The translations under genes and the position numbers were made by a program. The notes below the pieces were generated by a model. That model saw only the letters and a program-made list of their open reading frames with translations. It searched no databases and was not told the origin of the DNA. A stretch of DNA of 64,000 nucleotides from an uncultured Acidobacteriota bacterium (GTDB taxonomy: Bacteria > Acidobacteriota > UBA6911 > RPQK01 > JAPXNP01). Where the stretch lies: the NCBI GenBank assembly GCA_963777605.1, contig CAVZRV010000015.1, positions 1-64,000 of the forward strand. Reading direction: 5' to 3'. Positions 10,054 through 19,794 of the stretch are shown one piece after another; the stretch's first letter is position 1; every line of letters starts with the position of its first letter.

Positions 10054-11699
10054 GACCTACCGGCGCTTCAAGCGCTATCGCCAGGTCACCTTCACACTCG
10101 TCAAGTTCGGGTTTGGGGACATTGCCGACCGGATCGGGGCCAATCCACTCTGGGGTCGGTTCAGGAGAGGTCAGTCCTCGTCCGAGATCCCGACCCCGCA
10201 ACGTCTCCGGATGGCCTTGGCCAACCTGGGGCCGACGTTTGTGAAGTTCGGCCAGTTGCTCAGCACCCGACCCGACATCCTCCCTGAAAAGTACCTTCTC
10301 GAATTGGAGAAACTTCAGGATCACGTGTCTCCCTTCCCTCTCAAGGAGGTGCGACGGATCTTCATCGAAGAACTCGGGAAAGACCCGGAATCCACCTTTG
10401 CCGAGTTCGAGACAGACCCAATTGCTTCGGGTTCGATCGCACAGGTACACCGCGCAGGTCTTTCCGACGGCACTAAGGTCGCCGTCAAGGTCCAGCGTCC
10501 CGGGATCGTCCGGTTGATCGAGACCGATGTCGAGATCCTGGAGGAACTGGCGGGACTCATGGAGAAACACATCCCGGAAAGCCGCCTCTTCCGGCCGTCT
10601 GAACTGGTCCGCCAGTTTGCGCGCACGATCCGGAGAGAACTCGATTTTGTCGCCGAAGCCCAGGCAGTCGAGCGATTCCGGAGAAACTTCTCAGACGACC
10701 CGACTCGCTTCGTCCCGGCCGTTCACTGGGAGGAAACGACCAGTCGAATCCTCGTGACGGATTATGTCGAAGGGGTCAAAGTCACGGACGTCGAGGGGCT
10801 GGAACGCCGGGGGCTCGATCCAAAGGTCGTTGCCCGCAACGGTGCCCGCTCAATCCTCAAGGAAGTATTTCAATTCCGCCTCTTCCACGCCGACCCCCAC
10901 CCCGGAAATTTCTTCGTCCTGGAGGGAAATGTCATCGCAGCCATCGACTACGGGATCGTCGGAAGGCTCGACAGCGCAACCGCTGAGCTCCTCGCTACGC
11001 TAATGGGAGCAATCGTCACCCAGGACATCGAAGGAATCGTCCGTGGCTTTCGGGAAATGGGCCTGCTTCACGACGAAGTGGACCAGCGTGTCCTCCGCTT
11101 TGACGTTCAGGAATTCATCGACCGCTACTACGGTCTCCCTCTCGACCAGATCGACACGGAACGGACCGTCCAGGACATACTTGTCCGTGGTGCGACGCCA
11201 CCGGATGATCCTGCCCGTCGACCTGGCACTGCTCGGGCGAATGCTGGCGGTCTCGGCCGGAGTGGGCCAGATGCTCGATCCCGAGTTCGACGTAATTCAG
11301 GTGGCTCGTCCCTACGTAAAGGAATTCCTCGCCCGCAGGATGGACCCGCGTCGCAAGGCCCGGGAAATAATCCGAACGGTCCGTGACTACCAGTCTGTCC
11401 TTCGGTCCTTGCCGGGGGATTTCGAAGAGATTATTGCCAAGGTCAAGAAAGGGCAGATGCTGGTCTCAATTCACCACGAGGGCCTCAACCGGTTCATTCT
11501 CGAGATGGACAGGAGTTCCAACCGGCTCTCATTCAGCTTGATCATCGCGGCCCTGGTCATCGGTTCATCCCTGATCATGCGCCTCGACACCGGACCCACC
11601 CTTATCGGCTTGCCGGTCTTCGGACTGGCGGGCTACGTGATCGCGGGAATCCTCGGGCTCTGGCTAGTCATCGCCATTCTACGCTCTGGAAGAATCTAA
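10028..11699 (+). CDS. ABC1/UbiB (AarF) family atypical kinase, split by a +1 frameshift near 11183
   Basis: LGPTFVKFGQLLSTRPD, ASGSIAQVH, VAVKVQRP, FHADPHPGN, IDYG; continues in ORF 11043..11699 with two C-terminal TM helices. Confidence 0.88.
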
Positions 11700-11860
11700 G
11701 TCCGCATTTCTCACCAGACTGCTACTGCGGCGACGAGCCCTGGGGAAAGATGCAGGCGAGCCTAATGCCCCGCCTCGTTGGTGCCGATGAAAAGCGGGGG
11801 GACACTGACCTCAACCTTTGGAATGGCAACGGGTGTAGATGAGGCAGGAAGACGGCCGGG

Positions 11861-12982
11861 ATGTTCTGGGGATCTGGTAGACGGAAAGATGCGTTCGAGA
11901 CGCGCGTCATTTTTAGGGATTGGAGCCGGCTGCGGACACCGGATGAATGCGATGATCCGCTGCTCGGCAGCTTGATTTTGCTGCTGCGGAATTTCGGCCG
12001 GTACTCATTTGACACGGAAGAGGTTCACCAGAAGGAAGTCCAGAGGCTGACCGAGGAGTGGATTTCCCACGTCACCGCCGGCGACCCTGCCCCAGGAAGC
12101 GGCAGGAACAGTAACGGTGGAACCCAGTGGAATGAACTTTGTTCCTTCCACGAGCGCCAGCGCAGAGCCGAGCAGTCGTACGTCGTAACCACGCTGAAGG
12201 GATTTCGATCGCTGGTCTGGGACTTCATCCAGGAAATCACTCGATCTATAAACGACGATCGAAGCTCCAACACCGGAATTCGCGACGGCCTTCATTCGCT
12301 GGAGACCTCAGTCGAAAGCGGCAGCCTGGTGGAGATTCGCCAGCGGGTCCTGCAAACCGTCCGGTCCATCCGGGACTCGATTGCGGAACGGGAAAAGAAG
12401 CAAGTCGAAAAGATGATGGAACTGGGGCAGAAGCTCCGCGAGATGCGTGCCGAACTTGTAGACGTGCGCAACCGAATGGCGACCGACTCCCTCACCGGCG
12501 TCTTCAATCGCCATTCACTCGACGAGCAACTCTCCAGGGTCGTGCAGTTCTCGACCTTCTCCGGAACCAGCCCCTGCATTTTCCTCGTGGATCTCGACGA
12601 TTTCAAGCAAATCAACGATCTGCATGGCCATCAGGCGGGAGATGCCGCACTGAAGCTGGCCGCTCGCGCCTGCGTGCGCAATTTCCCTCGAGACGCCGAC
12701 TACATCGCCCGCTTTGGCGGGGACGAATTCGTGATTATCGTAGAAGAGTGCCCACCCAAAGTCTGCGAGTCAATGGGTCGCCGCCTGATCGAAACGATCA
12801 GCAATTCTCCGCTCTCCTGGAAGGAGTCGGAAATCGAGCTGTCTGCGTCGATCGGCGTGGCGATCTTCCAGCCTTCGGACACTCCCGAGAGCTGGTTCAA
12901 CAGGAGTGACCACGCCCTGCTGGAAGCAAAGAGAAAAGGCAAGAACAACCTTTTGATGGCTCCCGTTGCCGTTCCGCAATGA
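11861..12982 (+). CDS. Diguanylate cyclase with N-terminal helical/coiled-coil region
   Basis: TDSLTGVFNR, DLDDFKQINDLHGHQAGD, ARFGGDEF, SIGVA. Confidence 0.93.
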   Translation: MFWGSGRRKDAFETRVIFRDWSRLRTPDECDDPLLGSLILLLRNFGRYSFDTEEVHQKEVQRLTEEWISHVTAGDPAPGSGRNSNGGTQWNELCSFHERQRRAEQSYVVTTLKGFRSLVWDFIQEITRSINDDRSSNTGIRDGLHSLETSVESGSLVEIRQRVLQTVRSIRDSIAEREKKQVEKMMELGQKLREMRAELVDVRNRMATDSLTGVFNRHSLDEQLSRVVQFSTFSGTSPCIFLVDLDDFKQINDLHGHQAGDAALKLAARACVRNFPRDADYIARFGGDEFVIIVEECPPKVCESMGRRLIETISNSPLSWKESEIELSASIGVAIFQPSDTPESWFNRSDHALLEAKRKGKNNLLMAPVAVPQ

Positions 12983-13037
12983 CGCCATTCGAGCGGCGGA
13001 CAAAGCGAGTAACCGGAAGGTACAAAAGTGGTGACCG

Positions 13038-13062
13038 TCCCCCGGGGTCTTCACCCGGGGGA
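13038..13062. terminator. GC-rich hairpin between convergent genes
   Basis: TCCCCCGGG ... CCCGGGGGA inverted repeat. Confidence 0.5.
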
Positions 13063-13100
13063 AACAGCAGAAGATTTCGACCGCGGCGGGCCGCCCAGTG

Positions 13101-14072
13101 TCACGACGCCTGCGGGTCGTCGTAAAGAGGCGTGCTCAGATAACGCTCGCCGTTACTCGGAGAGATGAAGACGATGACCTTCCCCGCGTTCTCAGGACGT
13201 CGGGCAACTTCGATCGCAGCCCAAGCCGCCGCTCCGGAGGAGATCCCGACCATGAGTCCTTCTTCGCGGGCAAGACGCCTCGCCGTCGCAAAGGCATCGT
13301 CATTGGCGACTTTCACAACTTCGTCGATGACGGAACTATTCAGGACGTCAGGGATGAATCCGGCGCCAATTCCCTGGATCTTGTGCGGTCCCGGAGATCC
13401 CCCCGAAAGAATCGGAGAGCCCTCGGGTTCTACCGCGACAACCCAGAACGAAGGTTTTTTAGCCTTGATGACTTCGGCAACTCCCGTCAGGGTTCCGCCG
13501 GTTCCGACTCCCGCCACCAAAATGTCGACTTCCCCTGCGGTATCACGCCAGATCTCCTCGGCGGTCGTCTTGCGATGGATCTCGGGATTCGCCGGGTTCT
13601 TGAACTGCTGGGGGACCCAACCGTTGGGGATGTCGGCGGCAACTTCCTCTGCCCTCCGAATCGCCCCCTTCATGCCTTCTGCTCCCGGGGTGAGGATCAA
13701 CTCAGCACCAAAGCCTTTGAGCAGCTTTCGGCGCTCGATACTCATCGTGTCAGGCATGGTGAGGATCAAACGATAGCCCTTGGCCGCTGCCACGAAAGCC
13801 AGGCCGATACCGGTGTTTCCGCTGGTCGGCTCAACGATCACCGTCCGGGAAGGTTCGATTCGGCCCTCCTCTTCAGCCGTTTCAACCATCGCCAGGGCGA
13901 TCCGGTCCTTGACGCTGCCGGCCGGATTGAAGAACTCCAGCTTGGCCAGAATCGTGGCTTTCGAATCGTTCAGTTTCCCCAACTTCACGAGTGGCGTGTT
14001 TCCCACCAATTCCGTGATCGATCCGTAGATCTTCTTCTCCGCCTTTTCACCGGAGACAGCCTGTGTAGTCAT
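13101..14072 (-). CDS. cysK: Cysteine synthase A
   Basis: [16 protein letters not shown] (PLP Lys), [33 protein letters not shown]. Confidence 0.96.
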   Translation of the reverse strand: MTTQAVSGEKAEKKIYGSITELVGNTPLVKLGKLNDSKATILAKLEFFNPAGSVKDRIALAMVETAEEEGRIEPSRTVIVEPTSGNTGIGLAFVAAAKGYRLILTMPDTMSIERRKLLKGFGAELILTPGAEGMKGAIRRAEEVAADIPNGWVPQQFKNPANPEIHRKTTAEEIWRDTAGEVDILVAGVGTGGTLTGVAEVIKAKKPSFWVVAVEPEGSPILSGGSPGPHKIQGIGAGFIPDVLNSSVIDEVVKVANDDAFATARRLAREEGLMVGISSGAAAWAAIEVARRPENAGKVIVFISPSNGERYLSTPLYDDPQAS

Positions 14073-14105
14073 CCTCCACCGTCCTTTCAAAATGAATGGA
14101 TAAGC

Positions 14106-14132
14106 TAAACCCTATAAAATCGGTATGTTTTA
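14106..14132. promoter_or_regulatory. Putative Rrf2-family (CymR/IscR-like) operator upstream of cysK
   Basis: AT-rich 27-bp imperfect palindrome TAAACCCTATAAAATCGGTATGTTTTA about 35 bp upstream of the cysK start. Confidence 0.55.
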
Positions 14133-14235
14133 GAAGTTTTCTGCATTGTATACATTCTCTCCAAACCGAGTCAAGCCGGGTGGAAAAGGCGTTCACTTTG
14201 AGATACTCTGCCAGTCCGTCAAAGGAGAAATCAAG

Positions 14236-14583
14236 ATGTTCAAATACCGAATCGCATTCCTTTTCGTTGCCCTGATGATGGGAAGTGTCTGGGCCGGAGT
14301 GGCTGGGGACTGGGATGTCACGGCAGAGACATCATGGGGGGAAACCCACTACCTCACCCTGACTCTCGCCGATGACGGCGGTAAGCTAACCGGTTCGCTC
14401 ATGACACCGGAAGGCAGAACCGACCTGGAGAATGTCAAGCTCGAAGGAAACACGCTCAGCTTTGAAGTCTGGGTGGCGGGTTCCTCATACACCGTCAAGG
14501 CCGAAGTTGCCGAGAACGAGATGACCGGGACCTGGTCAGGAGGTGGTGACAACGGTACGGTGAAAGCAAAACGCAAGTCCTGA
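14236..14583 (+). CDS. Small secreted beta-rich hypothetical protein
   Basis: AAGGAG RBS, signal peptide, GDWDV / GKLTG / EMTGTW beta-strand pattern. Confidence 0.75.
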   Translation: MFKYRIAFLFVALMMGSVWAGVAGDWDVTAETSWGETHYLTLTLADDGGKLTGSLMTPEGRTDLENVKLEGNTLSFEVWVAGSSYTVKAEVAENEMTGTWSGGGDNGTVKAKRKS

Positions 14584-14616
14584 CAGCGCCAGATTCCGAA
14601 AATTTGAAACTGAAGT

Positions 14617-14716
14617 CTCGAGGGGCCGGCCGAATTGACGCGTGCCGCCCCTCGAGCATCTTCGACCAACCCACCGATGCAGAAGGATTCTCTCTGCGCC
14701 ACTCAGGGAGAATCCT
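14617..14716. terminator. Two hairpins between convergent genes
   Basis: CTCGAGGGGC/GCCCCTCGAG (14617-14656) and AGGATTCTCTCTG/CAGGGAGAATCCT (14684-14716). Confidence 0.5.
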
Positions 14717-14740
14717 GATTGCCGGCATGGCAACTGAGCC

Positions 14741-15634
14741 TCACTCGACGACCTGGGGCGTCTCCATTTCTGGACCGGCAGTTCCCCCAGCCTGCGACAC
14801 ACCCAGGTTGCGCGTTCGCAGCGCCCAATCGTAGCGCTGCAGCGCGTCGTTCAATTCAGCCGGATCGACATCGGCTGCGGCGGGATCTTCCGCCAGCCGA
14901 ATCCATGGCGGATCCTGGTCGTAGTCATAGTGCCCAAAAATCACTACCGGGGTACCGTACTTCTTCGGGATCGCCCAACTCCCCCCGTCCGGCTCACCCG
15001 GATCGGCCCATCGATAGATCCAGACGGCGTCCTGTTTGAGCAGTCGGATACAGCCGTAGCTGGACGGCTTTCCCGGGAGTGCATACTGATGAAACGCAAT
15101 ACCCATGGAACTGTGAAGGTTGAAATACCAGGGCATCACCCAACTGCGGTTGATGGTGCTCACCTTGCGCCGTGCCTTCCAGTTGGTGTGATAGAGACCG
15201 GCCGGGGTTGCCTGCTTCAAGGTTCCGGTGCAGACAGGACCCCAGTAAACCTGCTTCCCCTCTTCGTAAGCGGCAAATGCCTGAATCCTCAAGGAAACCA
15301 GGATCGCCTTCTTCAAATCAGTCAAGGCAGCAACCGAATTCGGAAATGGGGAAAAATCGAGCAGTTCACGAGCTTGCTCAGGAACCTGGAGCGCCACACC
15401 TTTGCTCATATGCCGCAGATCACGGCGATTCACCTTCTGAAGGAGAGTTAGACCTTCCGCTCCCCACTCCCGCTTCAGCTTGTCCAGAGTCCCCGTCCCG
15501 GCAAGCCGCACGGCCCGGTAGGCCGGAGCCTGTTCGGTGTCCGAACGGGCCAAACCAATCCCGCAAAAGGACAGGAGAACGGCGGCCAGAAGGGCGGAAA
15601 ATTCTCGTCGGTGCAGAAATCCAATCACGGGCAA
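14741..15634 (-). CDS. L,D-transpeptidase (YkuD family)
   Basis: ILVSLRIQAFAAYEEG, TPAG, MPWY, AFHQ...SSYGCIRL; signal peptide. Confidence 0.85.
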   Translation of the reverse strand: MPVIGFLHRREFSALLAAVLLSFCGIGLARSDTEQAPAYRAVRLAGTGTLDKLKREWGAEGLTLLQKVNRRDLRHMSKGVALQVPEQARELLDFSPFPNSVAALTDLKKAILVSLRIQAFAAYEEGKQVYWGPVCTGTLKQATPAGLYHTNWKARRKVSTINRSWVMPWYFNLHSSMGIAFHQYALPGKPSSYGCIRLLKQDAVWIYRWADPGEPDGGSWAIPKKYGTPVVIFGHYDYDQDPPWIRLAEDPAAADVDPAELNDALQRYDWALRTRNLGVSQAGGTAGPEMETPQVVE

Positions 15635-15658
15635 TCGTTGAATATGGCGAACCAGCGG

Positions 15659-16387
15659 TCAGCGCCTGTCTGAACCGCTTCGTTCTTTCAGAAACCCCTC
15701 AATTGTCCGAATCACCGTGGGGAGGTAGCTGTACAGGGCACAGTCCCCTTCGTCCCTGGGAGGGCAATAGTCCTTGTCAACTCTTCCCTTGCAACCCGGA
15801 CAGATATCCCGGTACATCCGCTCGAAGTAGTCCTCCATCCAGGGGCGGTGGCCAAGCTCTTCTATAATCGCCACGAGACGATTCAGATAAAGGTCGATGG
15901 GACAGGTTTCAAAGGATTCCAGTCTGCACGTCCCGTCCAGCGCGAAGGAGACACAAATCGGGCAGACGTTGTCCTTGAGTCTCCTTTCCAGCTCGGCTCG
16001 CTCTTCGGGGCTGAGCGCCGGAGTCTTGTTACGACCGCTTTCAACCTCCCGAATTCGCTCCAGCCACTCGGCACTGGGCAAAACCGGCTGAAGTGAGGCG
16101 CGCACTTCCTTCCAAACGGCCTCGCAGGCAACAAGTGCTCCGTCCGGGGTCTCGGAATCTTCGATGGGCAAGCCAGAAAGAAGGCGCAGATAAAGAGCCT
16201 CCGCCTTGAGATCCTCGATTTCGGCCCGCATTCGGCGATTTGCCAGGGCCTTGTCTAGCACACCTTGGACACCAGAGATCAGGTCGTCACAGCCGGATTG
16301 CGTTTCAGAGGAAATCCGGTCCAATTCCTGCGTGATCTCGGACAAGCGTTGTTGAGCTTTGTTTAGAGACTCCCGGTCAGCCGACAC
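15659..16387 (-). CDS. Hypothetical protein: coiled-coil N-terminus plus Cys-rich metal-binding C-terminus
   Basis: GGAGG RBS before GTG 16387; CPIC..C..C and CPGC..C..C clusters. Confidence 0.7.
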   Translation of the reverse strand: MSADRESLNKAQQRLSEITQELDRISSETQSGCDDLISGVQGVLDKALANRRMRAEIEDLKAEALYLRLLSGLPIEDSETPDGALVACEAVWKEVRASLQPVLPSAEWLERIREVESGRNKTPALSPEERAELERRLKDNVCPICVSFALDGTCRLESFETCPIDLYLNRLVAIIEELGHRPWMEDYFERMYRDICPGCKGRVDKDYCPPRDEGDCALYSYLPTVIRTIEGFLKERSGSDRR

Positions 16388-16508
16388 TATGACTACCTCC
16401 TGAATCACGATTATTGACGAACTCCGTCTGAAATTCAAACGAGTAACGTACTTCCACAGCCCTTCCGAGGCATCGTCGAAAAGACTTCGCAGTCGGACCT
16501 CGGTGACT

Positions 16509-16521
16509 CAAGTCATTGATT
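16509..16521 (-). promoter_or_regulatory. IHF-consensus site
   Basis: Minus strand AATCAATGACTTG matches WATCAANNNNTTR, in a divergent promoter region. Confidence 0.4.
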
Positions 16522-16764
16522 CAAAGAAACTTCAATTTCAGGGCCCGAAGCCTCCCCACCGCAAAGCTGCGCTTTACTCCAGACTCGCCGTCTCCCTGGG
16601 TCAGGCGTGGTAAACGTGGCGTTGTATTCCCCGTAGAACTTTGGGGCGTCAAAATCCGTCTAAGTTAATATCCGTGGCCTTGGGGAGTTGTCTATCTCAC
16701 GGTATATTCTTCTGGGTTGTGCGCGAGACACGCGTCGGACCTTGCTCGTGTGAGTGGATGAGGC

Positions 16765-19728
16765 ATGAATCTGTCAGAGGGGAGCAGGATCGGTCATTAC
16801 GAAATCATCGGTGTGCTGGGCACCGGCGGAATGGGCGAAGTGTATCGGGCCCGCGATACCAAGCTCAAGCGGGAAGTTGCCCTCAAGCTGCTTCCCGAGC
16901 ACGTCGCCGGCCACCCTGATTCCCTGTCCCGGTTCGAACGGGAGGCGGTCGTCCTCGCGCAGTTGTCTCACCCGAATATCCTCGCCATCCACGACTTTGG
17001 AAATTTCGACGGACTCCCCGTCGCCGTAATGGAACTCCTGGAAGGGGAGACGCTGCGTGAAATGATTGCTCACGGGCAAATCCCGGCCCGCCGTTCGCTG
17101 GAAATCTCTGCCGAGGTCGCCGACGGACTCGCAGCCGCCCACTCCAAGGGGATTATTCACCGGGACCTGAAACCGGAGAACATCTTCATCACCCAGGATA
17201 ACCAGGTCAAGATCCTTGACTTCGGCTTGGCCCGCATTGACGGAAACGGCAGCGTGGGCGGTCGTTCCAACCAGGATCTGCCAACGGAAACGGAACCGGG
17301 AACCATCAAAGGCACGATCGGCTACATGTCTCCCGAGCAACTGCGAGGACAGCCGGTTGACGGCCGGAGCGATATCTTTTCTCTCGGCTGCGTGCTCTAC
17401 GAGATGCTGACGGGGCGGCGGGCATTCTCCAAGGCAACTGTCGCCGACACAATGACGGCGATTCTCCGCGAGGACCCTCCCGATTTCATCGAATCGGGCC
17501 GCCAGGTCCCCCCCGACGCAGAACGGGTTACGGAACACTGCCTGGAGAAAGACCCGGACCGCCGCTACCAGTCCGTCAAGGACTTGTCCATGCACCTCAG
17601 ATCACTCGCATCCAGCCCCCAACTCGACACGGCATCGCGGGCTCGCATTTCGGAGCGCCGCTTCCCCTGGGCCTGGATCTCGGCGCTTGCCGTCGCGGCA
17701 ATCATCGCGGCTGCGGGGTTCTTCTGGGTTTCGGACACGCCCACCAGGCCGGCCGCAGGCAGCCGTCCGTCAGTGGCGGTTCTCTACTTTGAGAACAACA
17801 CGGGAGACTCATCTCTCGACTGGATGCGAAGCGCACTGACCAACATGCTGGTAACTGACCTGTCGCAATCCATACAAATCGAGGTTCTCAGCACCGACCG
17901 GCTTTACCAGATCCTCAAGGAGCTCGACCAACTCGACGAGCCAACCGTCTCTTCAAGGATAGTCGACAAGGTCGCCGAAAAGGCGCAGGCAGGCACGGTC
18001 GTTCTGGGTAGCTTCATGCGGGCCGGCGAGACCTTTCGACTCGACACTCGAATCCAGGAGGCCAAGAGCGGAAGGATCCTTGCCACCGAGCGAGTTGAAG
18101 GCATCGGCGAGTCGAGCATCTTCAAGATGGTTGACGAATTGACGCGCCGCATCAAATCGGCGCTCGAAGTCTCCCCCTCCGAGTCTGGAATGGAGAGGGA
18201 ACTGGAATCAGTCTCGACTTCGTCGTTCGAGGCTTACAGGAACTACATAGAAGCGGCTGAACTTCACGCCAGGTCAAAGGAACGAGAGGCTATCCCCTAC
18301 CTGGAGAAGGCGATCAAATTGGACCCCAAGTTTGCCATGGCCTATGCCAAACTCTCGGTGGCTCACTGGAACATCGGCCACGTCCAGCAGGCACACGAGT
18401 ATGCTCGCCGAGCCCTGGACTACGTTGATCGCCTGCCCGCCCGGGAACGCTACTATATCGAGGGCCGCTTTTACAGCCTGACCCCCGAGACCCTGGACCG
18501 GGCGGTAGAAGCCTACGAAACCGCCATCAGCCTGTTTCCCGATCACTCTGCCGCGCGCCACAATCTGGCCAACCTCTACGCTGAGATGGAGCGTTACGAG
18601 GACGCGATCACCCAGTACGAGGTACTCAGAAAAGCCGGCAGCCCGTTTGCCGGGACCTACACCAACCTGGCCGCGGCCTACGCCGCCATCGGCAAGGAAC
18701 AAGAGGGCTACCGGGTGCTGAGTGAGTTCGTCGAGAAGTACCCGGAAAATGGTGCCGGGTACCGAGACCTGGCCGGGTACCTGATCAAGGGCGGCCATTT
18801 TGACGAAGCGCTCGGATATCTCAAGAAGGCGGAAGTGCGCTCCCCTGGCGATCTCGAGATCAAGCTGCTGGAGTGGAACGTCTATGTTTTCACTCGGAAG
18901 TGGGCCGATGCCGATCGGGTCGCCGATGCCGTCGCCTCCTCTTCGGATCTCTACTGGAGGTCCCGCTCGCTGGAGATGAAGGCAACCCGCCTGCTCTTTG
19001 AAGGCAGGCGCCAGGATGCTCGAGAACGATTCAACGAAGCGGCGAAGCTCTTTCCGGAGGACAGCCTTAACCGAGCCCAGTACCTGGCCCAATTGGGAAA
19101 GGTTGAACTGATCTCGGGCAATTACAAGAGCGCACTCAAAAATGCCGAACTCGCGTACCAGTCAGGTCGAGGCTTCCCCATTGAGACCGATATCCTCGCG
19201 CTGGCCGCCTTTTCCCAGTCCGGCCTTGGCCACTCCCAGCAGGCCCAGTCCACCTTTGAGGAGTTGCGGCCACACTACCAGAACCTTCCCGAGCGTATCG
19301 TCGATCGAACCGACAATTTCATCCTGGGAACCATGGCCCTGCTGAGCTCCCACCCTGCCGAAGCGGTGGCCCGATTCGACGAGGCCTGGGCAACGTTTCC
19401 GCCGAACGTCAGAACCCTCGAGCAGACCAATTACTACGTGACCGGTCTCGCCTTCTGGGAAACCGGCAGGCGTCCGGAAGGCGTCAAGTGGTTCGAACGG
19501 CTCCTAAACGAGAACTACACTGAACGGCTGGCCAACCCCATCGGGTACGTCCGGGCCCACTACTTCCTCGGGAAGTACTTCCTCGACGAGGGAGATAGGG
19601 GCCAGGCCCGTCGTTACTGGTCGGAGTTTGTCGATCTTTGGGGTGGCGGCTCAATGGACCGCGATCATGTCGCCGAAGCCCGGAAGTTCCTTCGCGAAGC
19701 CCCTGAACCAGCAGCAAAGACACCCTGA
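16765..19728 (+). CDS. Hanks-type Ser/Thr protein kinase with TM helix, TolB-N-like domain and TPR repeats
   Basis: LGTGGMGEVY, VALK, HRDLKPEN, DFGLA, GTIGYMSPE; PSVAVLYFEN; TPR-like helices. Confidence 0.95.
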   Translation: MNLSEGSRIGHYEIIGVLGTGGMGEVYRARDTKLKREVALKLLPEHVAGHPDSLSRFEREAVVLAQLSHPNILAIHDFGNFDGLPVAVMELLEGETLREMIAHGQIPARRSLEISAEVADGLAAAHSKGIIHRDLKPENIFITQDNQVKILDFGLARIDGNGSVGGRSNQDLPTETEPGTIKGTIGYMSPEQLRGQPVDGRSDIFSLGCVLYEMLTGRRAFSKATVADTMTAILREDPPDFIESGRQVPPDAERVTEHCLEKDPDRRYQSVKDLSMHLRSLASSPQLDTASRARISERRFPWAWISALAVAAIIAAAGFFWVSDTPTRPAAGSRPSVAVLYFENNTGDSSLDWMRSALTNMLVTDLSQSIQIEVLSTDRLYQILKELDQLDEPTVSSRIVDKVAEKAQAGTVVLGSFMRAGETFRLDTRIQEAKSGRILATERVEGIGESSIFKMVDELTRRIKSALEVSPSESGMERELESVSTSSFEAYRNYIEAAELHARSKEREAIPYLEKAIKLDPKFAMAYAKLSVAHWNIGHVQQAHEYARRALDYVDRLPARERYYIEGRFYSLTPETLDRAVEAYETAISLFPDHSAARHNLANLYAEMERYEDAITQYEVLRKAGSPFAGTYTNLAAAYAAIGKEQEGYRVLSEFVEKYPENGAGYRDLAGYLIKGGHFDEALGYLKKAEVRSPGDLEIKLLEWNVYVFTRKWADADRVADAVASSSDLYWRSRSLEMKATRLLFEGRRQDARERFNEAAKLFPEDSLNRAQYLAQLGKVELISGNYKSALKNAELAYQSGRGFPIETDILALAAFSQSGLGHSQQAQSTFEELRPHYQNLPERIVDRTDNFILGTMALLSSHPAEAVARFDEAWATFPPNVRTLEQTNYYVTGLAFWETGRRPEGVKWFERLLNENYTERLANPIGYVRAHYFLGKYFLDEGDRGQARRYWSEFVDLWGGGSMDRDHVAEARKFLREAPEPAAKTP

Positions 19729-19794
19729 AGACGGCACCTCGGAGTGCTAGCATACTCTGGAAAATTCAACATCCAAACGGGAAAGGAATATGTG

